Virus record (IMG/VR): IMGVR_UViG_3300031820_000004
Location: 1 to 56,082 of that record
Reading direction: 5' to 3' (one strand)
DNA: 56,082 nt
Source of the DNA: a virus
Taxonomy: Duplodnaviria; Caudoviricetes
Shown: one piece after another, positions 9,295 to 18,419 of the stretch
Layout: each line of letters opens with the position of its first letter
Numbering within the stretch: the stretch's first letter is position 1
Translations under genes and position numbers: made by a program
The notes under the pieces: model-generated
Told to the model about the DNA's origin: nothing
What the model saw: only the letters and a program-made list of their open reading frames with translations
Database searches by the model: none

Positions 9295-11880
9295 ATGCCT
9301 GTAGATACTCTGGCTTCCCAATTTCCGGAAGAACCTTCGCCTGAGGGATTGGAAGTTGACGTTGCGAATCCTACGCCCTCTGACATGCAAGACCTCCCCG
9401 ATGGTGGAGCGATTGTCATTACCCACGAAGAGCGAACGACTGTTAGCGTAGGTTTTGAAGCGAATATGGCGTTGGAGATGGACGCTTCGAAACGCAGAAG
9501 AATTGCTAGCGATTTGTTGGATTTGTTGGAGCGGGATGCCGAATCTCGACGTAAGCGAGATGAGGATTATGAAGAAGGTCTCCGTCGTAGTGGATTAGAT
9601 CGTGGCAGTAGCGTAGGTGCTAATTTCGAGGGTGCTAGTAGGGCGGTACACCCCGTGCTTGCTAAGGCCGCTATTGATTTTGAGGCAAGGGCTATCAAAG
9701 AGCTTTTCCCGGCTAACGGACCTGTTAGAGTGCATATCCTTGGGGATGGCACTAAGGCAAAGGTTTCGAAAGCTGAGCGGAAACGGGATTACCTCAATTG
9801 GCAGTTGACTAAGCAAATGCCTGAATATCGGAGAGAGTTGGAGCAGCTGCTCTCGCAACTTAGCCTAGCGGGTTCGCAGTTTTTGAAATTCTACTGGGAT
9901 GGAGGACTAGGCCGTGCGGTGGCGGAATATGTCCCGTCGGATAAGATACGCCTGCCATTCTCCGCGTCCTGTTGGCAGACTGCTCGGCGGAAAGCGCATG
10001 TCCTCGATTTGACGAGTATCGAGGTGAAAAGCAGGATAGCTTCCGGGATGTATCTGGATGCGCCTTATGGGGATCCTGCCCTGCTCCCTGAGGCTTCTAA
10101 AGCCCAGGAAGAAGCTGATAGGATTGAGGGCAAGGAGGATTCTGGCTACAACGTCGATGGACTGCGTAGACTGTATGAGACCTACGTATGGCTGGATTTG
10201 GGAGCTGATGACCCTGTAGCGGAGGGATTAGCTCCCTACATTGTTACGGTGGATGAGACTTCCGGGGATTGTCTGGCTATATATCGCAATTGGAATGAAG
10301 GCGCCGCATGTAAGCGCGAACTTGCCTGGATCGTGGAATGGCCGTTCATCCCGTGGCGAGGGGCGCTGACTGCGGGATTGGTGCATCTAATTGGGGGCCT
10401 GGCTGTGGCTGCTACAGGGGCACTCAATGCGCTTCTGGACTCGGCACACGTCAACAACGCGCCTACGGCCGTATGCCTCAAAGGGAGCCGCTTGAGTGGG
10501 CAGTCCAAACAGCTGGAGCCCACTACGGTACAGTATGTGGAGGGGCCTGTCGGGCTGGATGACATCCGCAAGTTGATGATGCCGCTCCCTTACAATCCGC
10601 CCAGTCCTGTGTTGGTGCAATTGTTGGGGTGGCTCACCGAACAGGCTGAGGGTGTGGTTACTACGGCTAGTGAGCGCCTGGCGGATGCGAGCAACACGGG
10701 ACCTGTGGGGACTACCTACGCACTGATTGAGCAGGGGTCTGTCGTGATTTCCGCTATTCATGGGAGACTCCATGCAGCGCAAGCTGAGTGTCTGGAAATA
10801 TTGTGCAGACTGAATGCGCGATATTTATCAGATTCGGAGACTGTGGAAGAGCTTGGAGAACTGACAGTCTCTAGGGAAGATTTCGAGGGTCCTCAGGATG
10901 TGATTCCTGTTAGCGACCCTAACATATTCTGCGAAGCACAGCGATGGGCGCAACTCCAAGCGGTCCAGCAGCTCTCTCAGGACCCTAGGATACCGTATGA
11001 TGTGCACGCCTTGCATAAGCGCATGTTGGATCTCCTCAAAGTGCCGCAGCCAGAGGAACTGCTCCCTGACAAGCCAGAATCCGAACCCACCAATCCTGTA
11101 GCTGAGAACGTCAATGCCACGCGAGGCTTGGGGCTGAAGACATTCCCCTTTGAAGACCATATAGCACATCTTCGGGTGCATCTTTCCTTCCTTACGGACC
11201 CGGATTTGCAGATGGTGAGCCGAGGTGCGGTATGGCCCTTGGCCATGCATATACAAGAACATTTGGTGCTGCTCTATGCGGGGTTTATGCAGACCGTGGC
11301 TAGTCAAGCTGTGGGTAAGGATGTTACGGCGTACATGATGGATGCACAGTCTCAGAGAGAAGTAGATGGTTTGTTGGCAGAGGCTGCACCACATGCGCAC
11401 GAGTTGTTCAAGACAGCGCTAGGACCTATGCAGCCAGCATTGGCTCAGCTACAGCAGTTAGCGGCCCAAGCGCAGCAGGCGCAGAACCCTCCGACTATGG
11501 ATCCAGCAAGCCAAGTAGCTATGCAGGTAGGGATGGCTGAGGTAAACAGGAAGGTACAAGCGGACCAGCAAACCTCGCAGTTCAAGCAGATGGAGTTACA
11601 GCAGAAGGCTCAGATTGAGCAGCAGAGGCTGCAAGCTGAGACGTTTGCACAGCAGGCTAAATTAGAGGCGGATGCGCTGAAGGCACATTTGGATGCTGGA
11701 CTGGCTAAGGTGCGAATTGAAAATGATAGGTTGATGGCACGTTTCGCGGCGATGGTGAAATTGGAGCTAGCTGAATTGCAGAGTAAGACAGCTTTGAGAC
11801 AGGAACAGTTGGATGCAGCCATGGAAGCGGATAGAAATATTTCCGAAGGTACTTTACAAATACCTATAACAGGAGTATAA
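9295..11880 (+). CDS. Portal protein (P22-like, long Q-rich C-terminal coiled coil)
   Basis: 861 aa after TerL; FEGASRAVHPVL motif; helical Q/A-rich tail. Confidence 0.85.
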   Translation: MPVDTLASQFPEEPSPEGLEVDVANPTPSDMQDLPDGGAIVITHEERTTVSVGFEANMALEMDASKRRRIASDLLDLLERDAESRRKRDEDYEEGLRRSGLDRGSSVGANFEGASRAVHPVLAKAAIDFEARAIKELFPANGPVRVHILGDGTKAKVSKAERKRDYLNWQLTKQMPEYRRELEQLLSQLSLAGSQFLKFYWDGGLGRAVAEYVPSDKIRLPFSASCWQTARRKAHVLDLTSIEVKSRIASGMYLDAPYGDPALLPEASKAQEEADRIEGKEDSGYNVDGLRRLYETYVWLDLGADDPVAEGLAPYIVTVDETSGDCLAIYRNWNEGAACKRELAWIVEWPFIPWRGALTAGLVHLIGGLAVAATGALNALLDSAHVNNAPTAVCLKGSRLSGQSKQLEPTTVQYVEGPVGLDDIRKLMMPLPYNPPSPVLVQLLGWLTEQAEGVVTTASERLADASNTGPVGTTYALIEQGSVVISAIHGRLHAAQAECLEILCRLNARYLSDSETVEELGELTVSREDFEGPQDVIPVSDPNIFCEAQRWAQLQAVQQLSQDPRIPYDVHALHKRMLDLLKVPQPEELLPDKPESEPTNPVAENVNATRGLGLKTFPFEDHIAHLRVHLSFLTDPDLQMVSRGAVWPLAMHIQEHLVLLYAGFMQTVASQAVGKDVTAYMMDAQSQREVDGLLAEAAPHAHELFKTALGPMQPALAQLQQLAAQAQQAQNPPTMDPASQVAMQVGMAEVNRKVQADQQTSQFKQMELQQKAQIEQQRLQAETFAQQAKLEADALKAHLDAGLAKVRIENDRLMARFAAMVKLELAELQSKTALRQEQLDAAMEADRNISEGTLQIPITGV

Positions 11881-11921
11881 GCGACTCAGAGGGGCGTGCG
11901 AATGTTTGGAGGGATACGCTG

Positions 11922-12101
11922 TTGAAAAATAAAGACCAAAGCAAGATTTCCGCAGCCTTCCACGAGGTGGCTACGAATGTGCCTAAGGTAGTGGAGGGTA
12001 CTCGACGTAAGAAGGGTGCTGCGGCTGCGAAGAAGCAGGCTGTAGCAATTGCGTTATCCAAAGCGCGGTCAGCGGGCGCTAAGATTCCTAAAAAACGCTG
12101 A
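11922..12101 (+). CDS. Small basic protein (DUF6496-like)
   Basis: Below the ORF-track cutoff. TTG start after GGAGGG; contains KQAVAIALSKARSAGAKIPKK. Confidence 0.6.
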   Translation: MKNKDQSKISAAFHEVATNVPKVVEGTRRKKGAAAAKKQAVAIALSKARSAGAKIPKKR

Positions 12102-12296
12102 GCTTAACTTGATTCAAGGAGTAGATGAGATGCCAGATTTAGGACTAAGATTATCCCGAGAGTTAGCGATGGGACATTCGCCTCCGTACCTCGAAAATAA
12201 GTTGCCCGAAGGTACTGAGGATCTTACTAAGAAACTGCCTCCAGGGCTTCTTCTGAAGCAGTCTCCGGGCCCTAAAGCAAAACCTAAACGGAGATT

Positions 12297-12485
12297 TTGA
12301 GTATGGCTAAGGATAGATCCTATAGCACGTGGGGCATGCCTAAGGCGCTTAAGGACTTTTCGGAGGATTTGGAGAACATAATTCCTTATGTACAAGATGT
12401 AAAGAGGGCGTCTTACGATGAAATCATGGAGGAAATCACGCCAGTTCACTCGTATAAAGGCCGGAAGTTCACAAACAGGTTTTGA
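12297..12485 (+). CDS. Hypothetical protein
   Basis: Small ORF in the head-gene cluster. Confidence 0.45.
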   Translation: MSMAKDRSYSTWGMPKALKDFSEDLENIIPYVQDVKRASYDEIMEEITPVHSYKGRKFTNRF

Positions 12486-12496
12486 ATTTTAGGAGC

Positions 12497-12661
12497 ATGT
12501 TGATGAAAAAGATTATGAAGCTTGCTGAAGGCGGTAAGAAAGAGGATAAGCTTGAAATCAAGAAAAGTAGCAAAGGCAAAAAGAAGATGGCAGAGGGCGG
12601 TTCTACAGCTAAGATAAAAGTTAGCACCTATCGGCAAACGTCTGGAGAAGGGGAGTTCTAA
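12497..12661 (+). CDS. Small Lys-rich protein with two AEGG motifs
   Basis: 54 aa, AGGAG RBS, contains LAEGG and MAEGG; read manually. Confidence 0.6.
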   Translation: MLMKKIMKLAEGGKKEDKLEIKKSSKGKKKMAEGGSTAKIKVSTYRQTSGEGEF

Positions 12662-12663
12662 TT

Positions 12664-12801
12664 ATGAAAGGTCGTAAGCCTAAGATGGTTCCAAAGGTGA
12701 CCAGAATCCCTGCTGCGCCGTCCATGCCTCCAGCTGCTCCCACTATGGGAGGGATGCCTGTGGGAATGAAGAAGGGCGGACGTAAAAAGAAAGGTTCTTA
12801 G
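12664..12801 (+). CDS. Small Pro/Lys-rich protein ending MKKGGRKKKGS
   Basis: 45 aa, GGGGAG RBS; read manually. Confidence 0.6.
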   Translation: MKGRKPKMVPKVTRIPAAPSMPPAAPTMGGMPVGMKKGGRKKKGS

Positions 12802-12977
12802 TGTACGAGCAGGTCATGCGGCAATTGCAGGAGAGAGTGCGTAGCGTGGAAGAAGACTCTTTAGCTTCCCCATTGCTGGATTACGCAGCTTATCGCGAAG
12901 CTGTTGGGTTGCGTAAGGGGTTGTTGACTGCGATGAACATTTTACATGCTGTGGTAAAGAAAGGCGAAGATGACTAG
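12801..12977 (+). CDS. Small protein upstream of GroES
   Basis: 58 aa, GTG start coupled to the previous stop, contains DYAAYREAVGLRKGL, overlaps the GroES start. Confidence 0.6.
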   Translation: MYEQVMRQLQERVRSVEEDSLASPLLDYAAYREAVGLRKGLLTAMNILHAVVKKGEDD

Positions 12978-13407
12978 TGTAGCACATAAATACAATGAAC
13001 TTGTGGCACTGGACCCTGATTTGGATTGGGCTTTCCCGAAAGTGGATCCTGAGGCTGTGCCTTTGGGGAGTCGGGTGCTGATTCAACTTAAGCGAATCCG
13101 GAAGACTTCCAAGGGTGGCTTGGTATTGATTGAAGAGACTAAGGAAACTGAGAAGTGGAATTCCCAGATAGGCTTGGTTATTGCCATGGGACCCTTAGCT
13201 TTCCGGAAACGAGATACCATGGAGTTGTGGCCCGAAGGAACTTGGGTTAAGCCTGGCGACTTTGTGCGGGTCCCTAAATATGGTGGGGATCGTTGGGAAG
13301 TAGAGGTTGTGGGAGAAGAAGAGCAAGTTCTTTTTGCAATATTCAATGACTTTGACATGATCGCTCTGAAGAAGGGTAATCCATTAAATGTTAAGGCATA
13401 CTTATGA
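12970..13407 (+). CDS. GroES-like co-chaperonin
   Basis: PLGSRVLI, TSKGGLVL, GLVIAMGP, VKPGDFV and KYGG are Cpn10 signatures. Confidence 0.85.
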   Translation: MTSVAHKYNELVALDPDLDWAFPKVDPEAVPLGSRVLIQLKRIRKTSKGGLVLIEETKETEKWNSQIGLVIAMGPLAFRKRDTMELWPEGTWVKPGDFVRVPKYGGDRWEVEVVGEEEQVLFAIFNDFDMIALKKGNPLNVKAYL

Positions 13408-14384
13408 GTAAAGCTGAAGAGGTTTTACAATCTGAAGAGATTGGGGAAGAGCCTGGCGTCGAAGTGGACGCAGAAGGTGCTGTGATTGAGCAAGGGCAGA
13501 AAGACGCTGCTGAGGATGCGCAAGCGACGGCAGGAGAAGATCACGATGAGCCGATTCGGGAGCAGGAGCTCTCCGAAGAAGATCGAGAGGCTATACGCCA
13601 GAGACGTAGGGAAGATCGCCAGAGAAAGAAACATCATCGCCAAGAGGTTGTAGCAGCTAAGGATAGGCTTATATCGTCTCTCCAAAGGCAAAATCAAGAT
13701 TTAGCTTCAAGGTTGTCGCATATTGAACAGCGACAACGGGGCGTTGATGTTGCTCGTTTGGATGCAGACTTGAGCGAGGCAATATCTACGGCTGAGGAAG
13801 CGAAACGGCATTTGGGGAGTGCTGCGGAATCTGCGGATGGTACGGGTGTGGCGGATGCTACTGAGCTTTACTATGCTGCTCGACGCAAGGCGGAGTATTT
13901 GGGGAGCGTAAAACAAAAGCTTGCCGAGCAAGCTCGGGCACCACAAGCGCCTCAGTTGGACCAAGAAATGGTTAACCACGCTGCGCAGTGGATGAACAAA
14001 AATAAGTGGTACAACCCGGATCCTCGAAGTGTGGATGAGGATAGTGCAGTGACTAGGGCTGTTGATTCCGCATTGGTAGCCGAGGGATACGATCCGAGAA
14101 CTAGGGAATACTGGGAAGAACTGTCGGATCGCGTTTCCCGCAGATTACCGCATAGATTCGAGGATGCCAAAGGGGTTAAGAATGGCAAAAATGGATCGAA
14201 TGCACATTCTCCGGTCGGAGGGAGTGGTAAAGAATCCACATCGCCTGGAGAGTTTAGTAAATTTTATGTGTCTCCCGAACGTGTCAGAGCTATGCGCGAT
14301 GCGGGAATTTGGGAAGACGATGTTAAAAGGGCTGCTATGCTAAAAAAATATCAGCAGTACGATAAAGCTAAAGGATCTCGCTAA
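13404..14384 (+). CDS. Probable capsid scaffolding protein
   Basis: Acidic N-terminus, coiled coil, located upstream of the capsid genes. Confidence 0.65.
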   Translation: MSKAEEVLQSEEIGEEPGVEVDAEGAVIEQGQKDAAEDAQATAGEDHDEPIREQELSEEDREAIRQRRREDRQRKKHHRQEVVAAKDRLISSLQRQNQDLASRLSHIEQRQRGVDVARLDADLSEAISTAEEAKRHLGSAAESADGTGVADATELYYAARRKAEYLGSVKQKLAEQARAPQAPQLDQEMVNHAAQWMNKNKWYNPDPRSVDEDSAVTRAVDSALVAEGYDPRTREYWEELSDRVSRRLPHRFEDAKGVKNGKNGSNAHSPVGGSGKESTSPGEFSKFYVSPERVRAMRDAGIWEDDVKRAAMLKKYQQYDKAKGSR

Positions 14385-14923
14385 TGAACCCGTTGCCGGA
14401 TAATAGATTGAAGAAGTCCTCGGATAATACTAGAGCATCACGAGAGGGTGAGGACATTAGAAGGGCTGCTGAATTGCAGGCGCCGTTGGCAGCACATTCC
14501 GAAGTTAGGTCCTATCGAGATGAATTTACGTTTGAACCCCTACCCAATCCTCCACAGATTCCAGGATGGCGTTTTCTTTGGGCAACTACCACTAACCCTT
14601 CTGACCCTATTCACAGACGAATTCGCATGGGCTACCAGCTTGTTAGGGCTGAAGAGCTTCCAGGATTTGACCAGTTGAGGATTAAGAGCGGAGAGTGGGA
14701 AGGCTGCGTTTCGATTAATGAGATGCTGCTCATGAAAATTACTGAGGATCAATATCAAGCCATTATGTCTGAGTTCCACCACATAGCCCCGAATGAGGAA
14801 GCCGCTAGGTTGACGGTTAATTCCCGAGCAGATGTGCGGGATTCTCAGGGTAAACGGCTGATAGAGGACGTTTCTGAGGGGGGCGACGAGAGGGTTGTTA
14901 AGCATTCACCACATTTTGATTAG
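14384..14923 (+). CDS. Hypothetical head-region protein
   Basis: Translationally coupled ORF between the scaffold and capsid genes. Confidence 0.6.
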   Translation: MNPLPDNRLKKSSDNTRASREGEDIRRAAELQAPLAAHSEVRSYRDEFTFEPLPNPPQIPGWRFLWATTTNPSDPIHRRIRMGYQLVRAEELPGFDQLRIKSGEWEGCVSINEMLLMKITEDQYQAIMSEFHHIAPNEEAARLTVNSRADVRDSQGKRLIEDVSEGGDERVVKHSPHFD

Positions 14924-14935
14924 AGGATTTATATC

Positions 14936-15523
14936 ATGACTGCAACATCTGCACCTTTTGGCTTGGAACCCGTGTTCCATCCTAGTGGGAATCTCAGGCC
15001 TATCGCCTGGAAAGATTCTATTGACGTATCCGTTACGCAAAGCTTTTTCCGAGGGACTCCCGTACAACTAACCACAGCAGGGCTCATAGTACCTTTTTCC
15101 GACCTTACGTGGGATGCTGCGGCAGATGATCTTATAGGTATATTCCAGGGGGTGGAGTATACGGATAGCTCTGGTCAGCGGAAACTTCGCAATAACTGGG
15201 TGGGGCCTATAACGGGAGCTACTCAAATCGTGGCTTACGTGTGGAGCGACCCCGCTACTGTGTTTCGTGTCCAGGCCAACGGTTCCCTGGCTCAGACATC
15301 CTTGGGGGATCAAGCGCAGTTCGCCGCGCTGGATACGGGGAATACTGTAACAGGTATCAGCAACGTTCAGATAAGCACTACGCTTGTCGGGGCGGGTAAT
15401 CAAGGGTACGTGCGTATCATTAATATAGAACCCCAAATTGATAATGATTGGGGGGATGCGTTTACGATTGTTCAAGTGCAAATTGCAGCGCATCAGTTTG
15501 TTGCCAGCAAGGTTGCGATTTAA
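14936..15523 (+). CDS. Probable capsid decoration/minor capsid protein
   Basis: APFGLEP start, beta-rich, GIFQGVEYTD, immediately before the MCP region. Confidence 0.6.
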   Translation: MTATSAPFGLEPVFHPSGNLRPIAWKDSIDVSVTQSFFRGTPVQLTTAGLIVPFSDLTWDAAADDLIGIFQGVEYTDSSGQRKLRNNWVGPITGATQIVAYVWSDPATVFRVQANGSLAQTSLGDQAQFAALDTGNTVTGISNVQISTTLVGAGNQGYVRIINIEPQIDNDWGDAFTIVQVQIAAHQFVASKVAI

Positions 15524-15560
15524 GGAAGTAAATTTGTAGAAGTCTGTATCTGGAAAAAGA

Positions 15561-15836
15561 GTGTGGGCGAATCCTGAGTATCGGGGTCGAATGAAGCTTG
15601 TTCGCGAAGAGCAATGGATAGACTCACAAGCCCGACAGAATCTTAGCAATGCCCGCAAAGGAGAGAATAATTCTGCGTACGGTAGAGTTTACACTCTAGA
15701 GATGCGGGTGAGATGGAGAGCAGCTGTGAAGGCTGCCATGGCGAATCCAGAGATTAGGCAGTGGTACGTAAATGGCTTAGCTAAGCGAGGAACTAATCAC
15801 GCAAAGCTAGAAGTTAAATCTGGAAAGGAGTATTAA
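15561..15836 (+). pseudogene. Homing-endonuclease remnant (NUMOD3-like DNA-binding repeats, no nuclease domain)
   Basis: LSNARKGENNSAYGRVYTLE is NUMOD3-like; the VWANPEYR/MANPEIR repeats resemble those in 17362..18393; an in-frame stop lies just upstream. Confidence 0.55.
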
Positions 15837-15838
15837 TC

Positions 15839-17266
15839 ATGGCTGCAAATATTATGCGTTCAACGGACTTTCGTAGTGTCGTTAATTAAGGTTCAGCGTC
15901 ACTCTAAAAACTGTGTGAACTCAGGGGAAATCTGACCGTGAAAACGAAGACAATCCTGACCCAAGCCTCTACCCAGAGGAAGGAGCAACGACTATCCCGC
16001 AAGGGAGTACACTCAAGTGAGTGGAAGCGCACAGCCCTGATAAGTCAGGTGATGATATAGTCTAATCTGCATAGAAATATGCAGCAGCCTCTAGAAGGCG
16101 GCTAAGGAGTAACGAACTTTAGTGAATAAACAGTACTTTGTGAGCCGATACTTAACGAAGTTTTTGACGGGGTCTATGACCAGCGGGCGGATGAGTACAA
16201 ACAGGTTTTCGATGTAAGACCTGGCATCCCGCGTTCATACCATGAAGAGCCTGTGTTGTACGGTTTTGGTGCTGCTCCAGAACTGCCCGACGGGACGCCT
16301 GTCGAGTATAGGGCAGGTGGAGTTTTGTTTGTGCAGCGCTACATCTATAAGGTGTTTGGACTAGCATTTGCGCTCACTAAGGTGCTGGTCGAGGACGGGG
16401 ACCATATTCGTATGGGGGCAACGTACTCCAAGCATTTGGCTCAGTCCATGATTGAAACCATTGAGACTAGATGTGCGAACATCTTGAATCGGGCTTTCAA
16501 TGCGTCATTTGTCGGGGGAGATGGTGTAAGTCTCTCCAATGCTTCGCACCCGATATTTGGAGGCACATTTAGCAATATCCTAGCCACGCCAGCTGTGTTG
16601 AGTCAGACTAGCTTAGAGCAAATGCTGATTCAACTGAGGCAAGCGGTTGACAATAACGGGAAAAAGATTCGTCTTTCTCCGTTGAAATTAGTTGTACACC
16701 CAGCTAATGCATTCCAAGCTGAAGTTCTGGTGAAGAGTGTTCTTCGGGCGGGTACTGCAAATAATGATATTAACCCCGTCAAAAGTATGGGCTTGCTGAG
16801 TCAAGAAACTGCAATTCTAAGCCGTTTAACCTCCACAACTGCGTGGTGGATCAAGAGCGATGCGATCAATGGTTTGTCTGTGCTTACAAGACGTAAGCTA
16901 GAGAAGACCATGGAAGGTGATTTCGAAACAGATTCAATGAGATACAAGGCTACCGAACGCTCAACCATTCATTAACGTGGCGTTCTAAAACTGTGTGAAC
17001 TCAGGGGAAATCTGACCGTGAAAACGAAGACAATCCTGACCCAAGCCTCTACCCAGAGGAAGGAGCAACGACTATCCCGCAAGGGAGTACGCTCAAGTGA
17101 GCGGAAGCGCACAGCCCTGATAAGTCAGGTGATGATATAGTCTAATCTGCATAGAAATATGCAGCAGCCTCTAGAAGGCGGCTAAGGAGTAACGAACTTT
17201 AGCGAATATTGTGATTCAGAAGGTTGGACTGACCCCAGAACTGTTTTTGGAACAGCTGGAGTTTAG
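15839..17266 (+). CDS. Major capsid protein in three exons: 15839..15882, 16141..16961, 17214..17266 (305 aa spliced)
   Basis: AAGGAG RBS. Joining the exons gives MAANIMRSTDFRSVV/EPILNEVFDGVYDQ...EGDFETDSMRYKATERY/SEGWTDPRTVFGTAGV*, 918 nt, in frame. Confidence 0.9.
15883..16140 (+). ncRNA. Group I intron 1 (IA-like, 258 nt, no ORF) in the MCP gene
   Basis: Exon ends in U and intron ends in G. P1: AGUGUCGU pairs with GCGUCACU with U.G at the splice site. P10: GGUUCA/UGAGCC. P3 CUGUGUG/CGCACAG, P7 GACUA/UAGUC, P7.1/P7.2 hairpins, P9 with GAAA loop. Confidence 0.92.
16962..17213 (+). ncRNA. Group I intron 2 (IA-like, 252 nt, no ORF) in the MCP gene
   Basis: Exon ends in U and intron ends in G. 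P1: GAACGCU pairs with GGCGUUC. Core is 219/222 identical to intron 1. Confidence 0.92.
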
Positions 17267-17288
17267 TTGTAGGTGAGGTAATACGTAA

Positions 17289-17354
17289 GGGCTAGGAGGC
17301 ATCCGAAAAGACGGCAACCATATTGCCGTTCTGCCCTAATTTTCAGGATTGGGC
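17289..17354 (+). promoter_or_regulatory. Putative structured RNA leader of the endonuclease gene
   Basis: Three-way junction: GGGC/GCCC, GGA-GGCA-UCC, GACGGCAA/UUGCCGUU. An alternative GCCC..GGGC hairpin lies next to the start region. Confidence 0.5.
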
Positions 17355-17361
17355 GACAGGT

Positions 17362-18393
17362 ATGAAAAGAATAAGGGAGCGGCTTTTTTATACGTATCTC
17401 TATTTTGATGTGCGTCCTGGGAAAGAGTCTGAGGTGATCTATGTAGGCAAAGGTACCTGCCAGAATAGCGCAAAGCGATTGAAGCGAATGTATCAGCATT
17501 GGCTTTGTAGGCAAAATCACCCCAATGTGCTTTTTGGTCGTATATTGCGACGTATTGAATCTGCGGGGCTGACTCCTCGTATAGTGTTGGATCAATGGCA
17601 TGCTACGGAGATTTTAGCTTTTGAGAGAGAAATGGAATTGATTAGTGTGCATGGCACGAGGGCTAAACGGACAGGTACGTTGTGTAATTTGACTCTCGGT
17701 GGGGAGGGAGCATGTGGGCGAGAGGTAACAGCCGCCACGAAAGAGACCTTGCGGCAAAAAGGAATATCTCAATGGACGGAGTTTGCTTGTCGTGAACAGT
17801 CCGAAAGATTGCGGGAATATAGTAAGAATCCCGAAGTTAAGATGAGACTTTCTGCTCAGCTTAGCCAGGCTCACAGTGTATTAAAAGCTAACCCTGAGAT
17901 TATAGCCTCACGAGCTATAACGTTGAGGGAAACTTGTAAAGACCCCGATTTACGGAAACGATATTCTGAGAATAGGAAAGCAGTTCTTGCGCGACCCGGA
18001 TTTTTGGAGAAGCTTTCGGCTAATGTAAAAAAAGTTTGGGAAGACCCGGAACTTAGACATACTCAAAGGATGCGGTCTATGGCCGTATGGGGTAGCGAAG
18101 AGCTTAGAGAAAAGCAAAGTAGTACAATGAAAAAGAAATGGGAAGAAAAGAAAGTTGAAGGAATGTCAGTTGAAGAAAAAGTTCGTCGTTCTGACGCAGC
18201 AAAAAGGCGTTGGGCAGAGAAACGAGATAAAATAGTGGGTGGAATACGCAAAGCGATGACTTCTGAGGAGACTTCTGCTAAGTTGAAGCAGGCTTGGGCA
18301 CTTAGGAAGACTAAAAACAGACCAAAGAGACTTCGGCGCAATATGCTGCGCATTTTAGTAAGGGATGGGTTGGCCCGTAACCAATCTTCATAG
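17362..18393 (+). CDS. Free-standing GIY-YIG homing endonuclease
   Basis: YTY...IYVGKG, conserved R (RMYQH), E (FERE) and N (LCN); long basic C-terminal region with W..PE.R repeats. Confidence 0.8.
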   Translation: MKRIRERLFYTYLYFDVRPGKESEVIYVGKGTCQNSAKRLKRMYQHWLCRQNHPNVLFGRILRRIESAGLTPRIVLDQWHATEILAFEREMELISVHGTRAKRTGTLCNLTLGGEGACGREVTAATKETLRQKGISQWTEFACREQSERLREYSKNPEVKMRLSAQLSQAHSVLKANPEIIASRAITLRETCKDPDLRKRYSENRKAVLARPGFLEKLSANVKKVWEDPELRHTQRMRSMAVWGSEELREKQSSTMKKKWEEKKVEGMSVEEKVRRSDAAKRRWAEKRDKIVGGIRKAMTSEETSAKLKQAWALRKTKNRPKRLRRNMLRILVRDGLARNQSS

Positions 18394-18419
18394 GACTTTC
18401 CTTTCATGAGGAAATTATC

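Noticed and set aside
16253-16975. 240-aa truncated or pseudogenised capsid as given by the ORF track
   Set aside because: Explained by two group I introns; the spliced frame is intact.
15907-17208. Insertion sequence or composite transposon ends
   Set aside because: No terminal inverted repeats, target duplication or transposase; the repeats have a group I intron core.
17289-17336. Hammerhead ribozyme
   Set aside because: It has three stems and GAAA but lacks the CUGANGA core.
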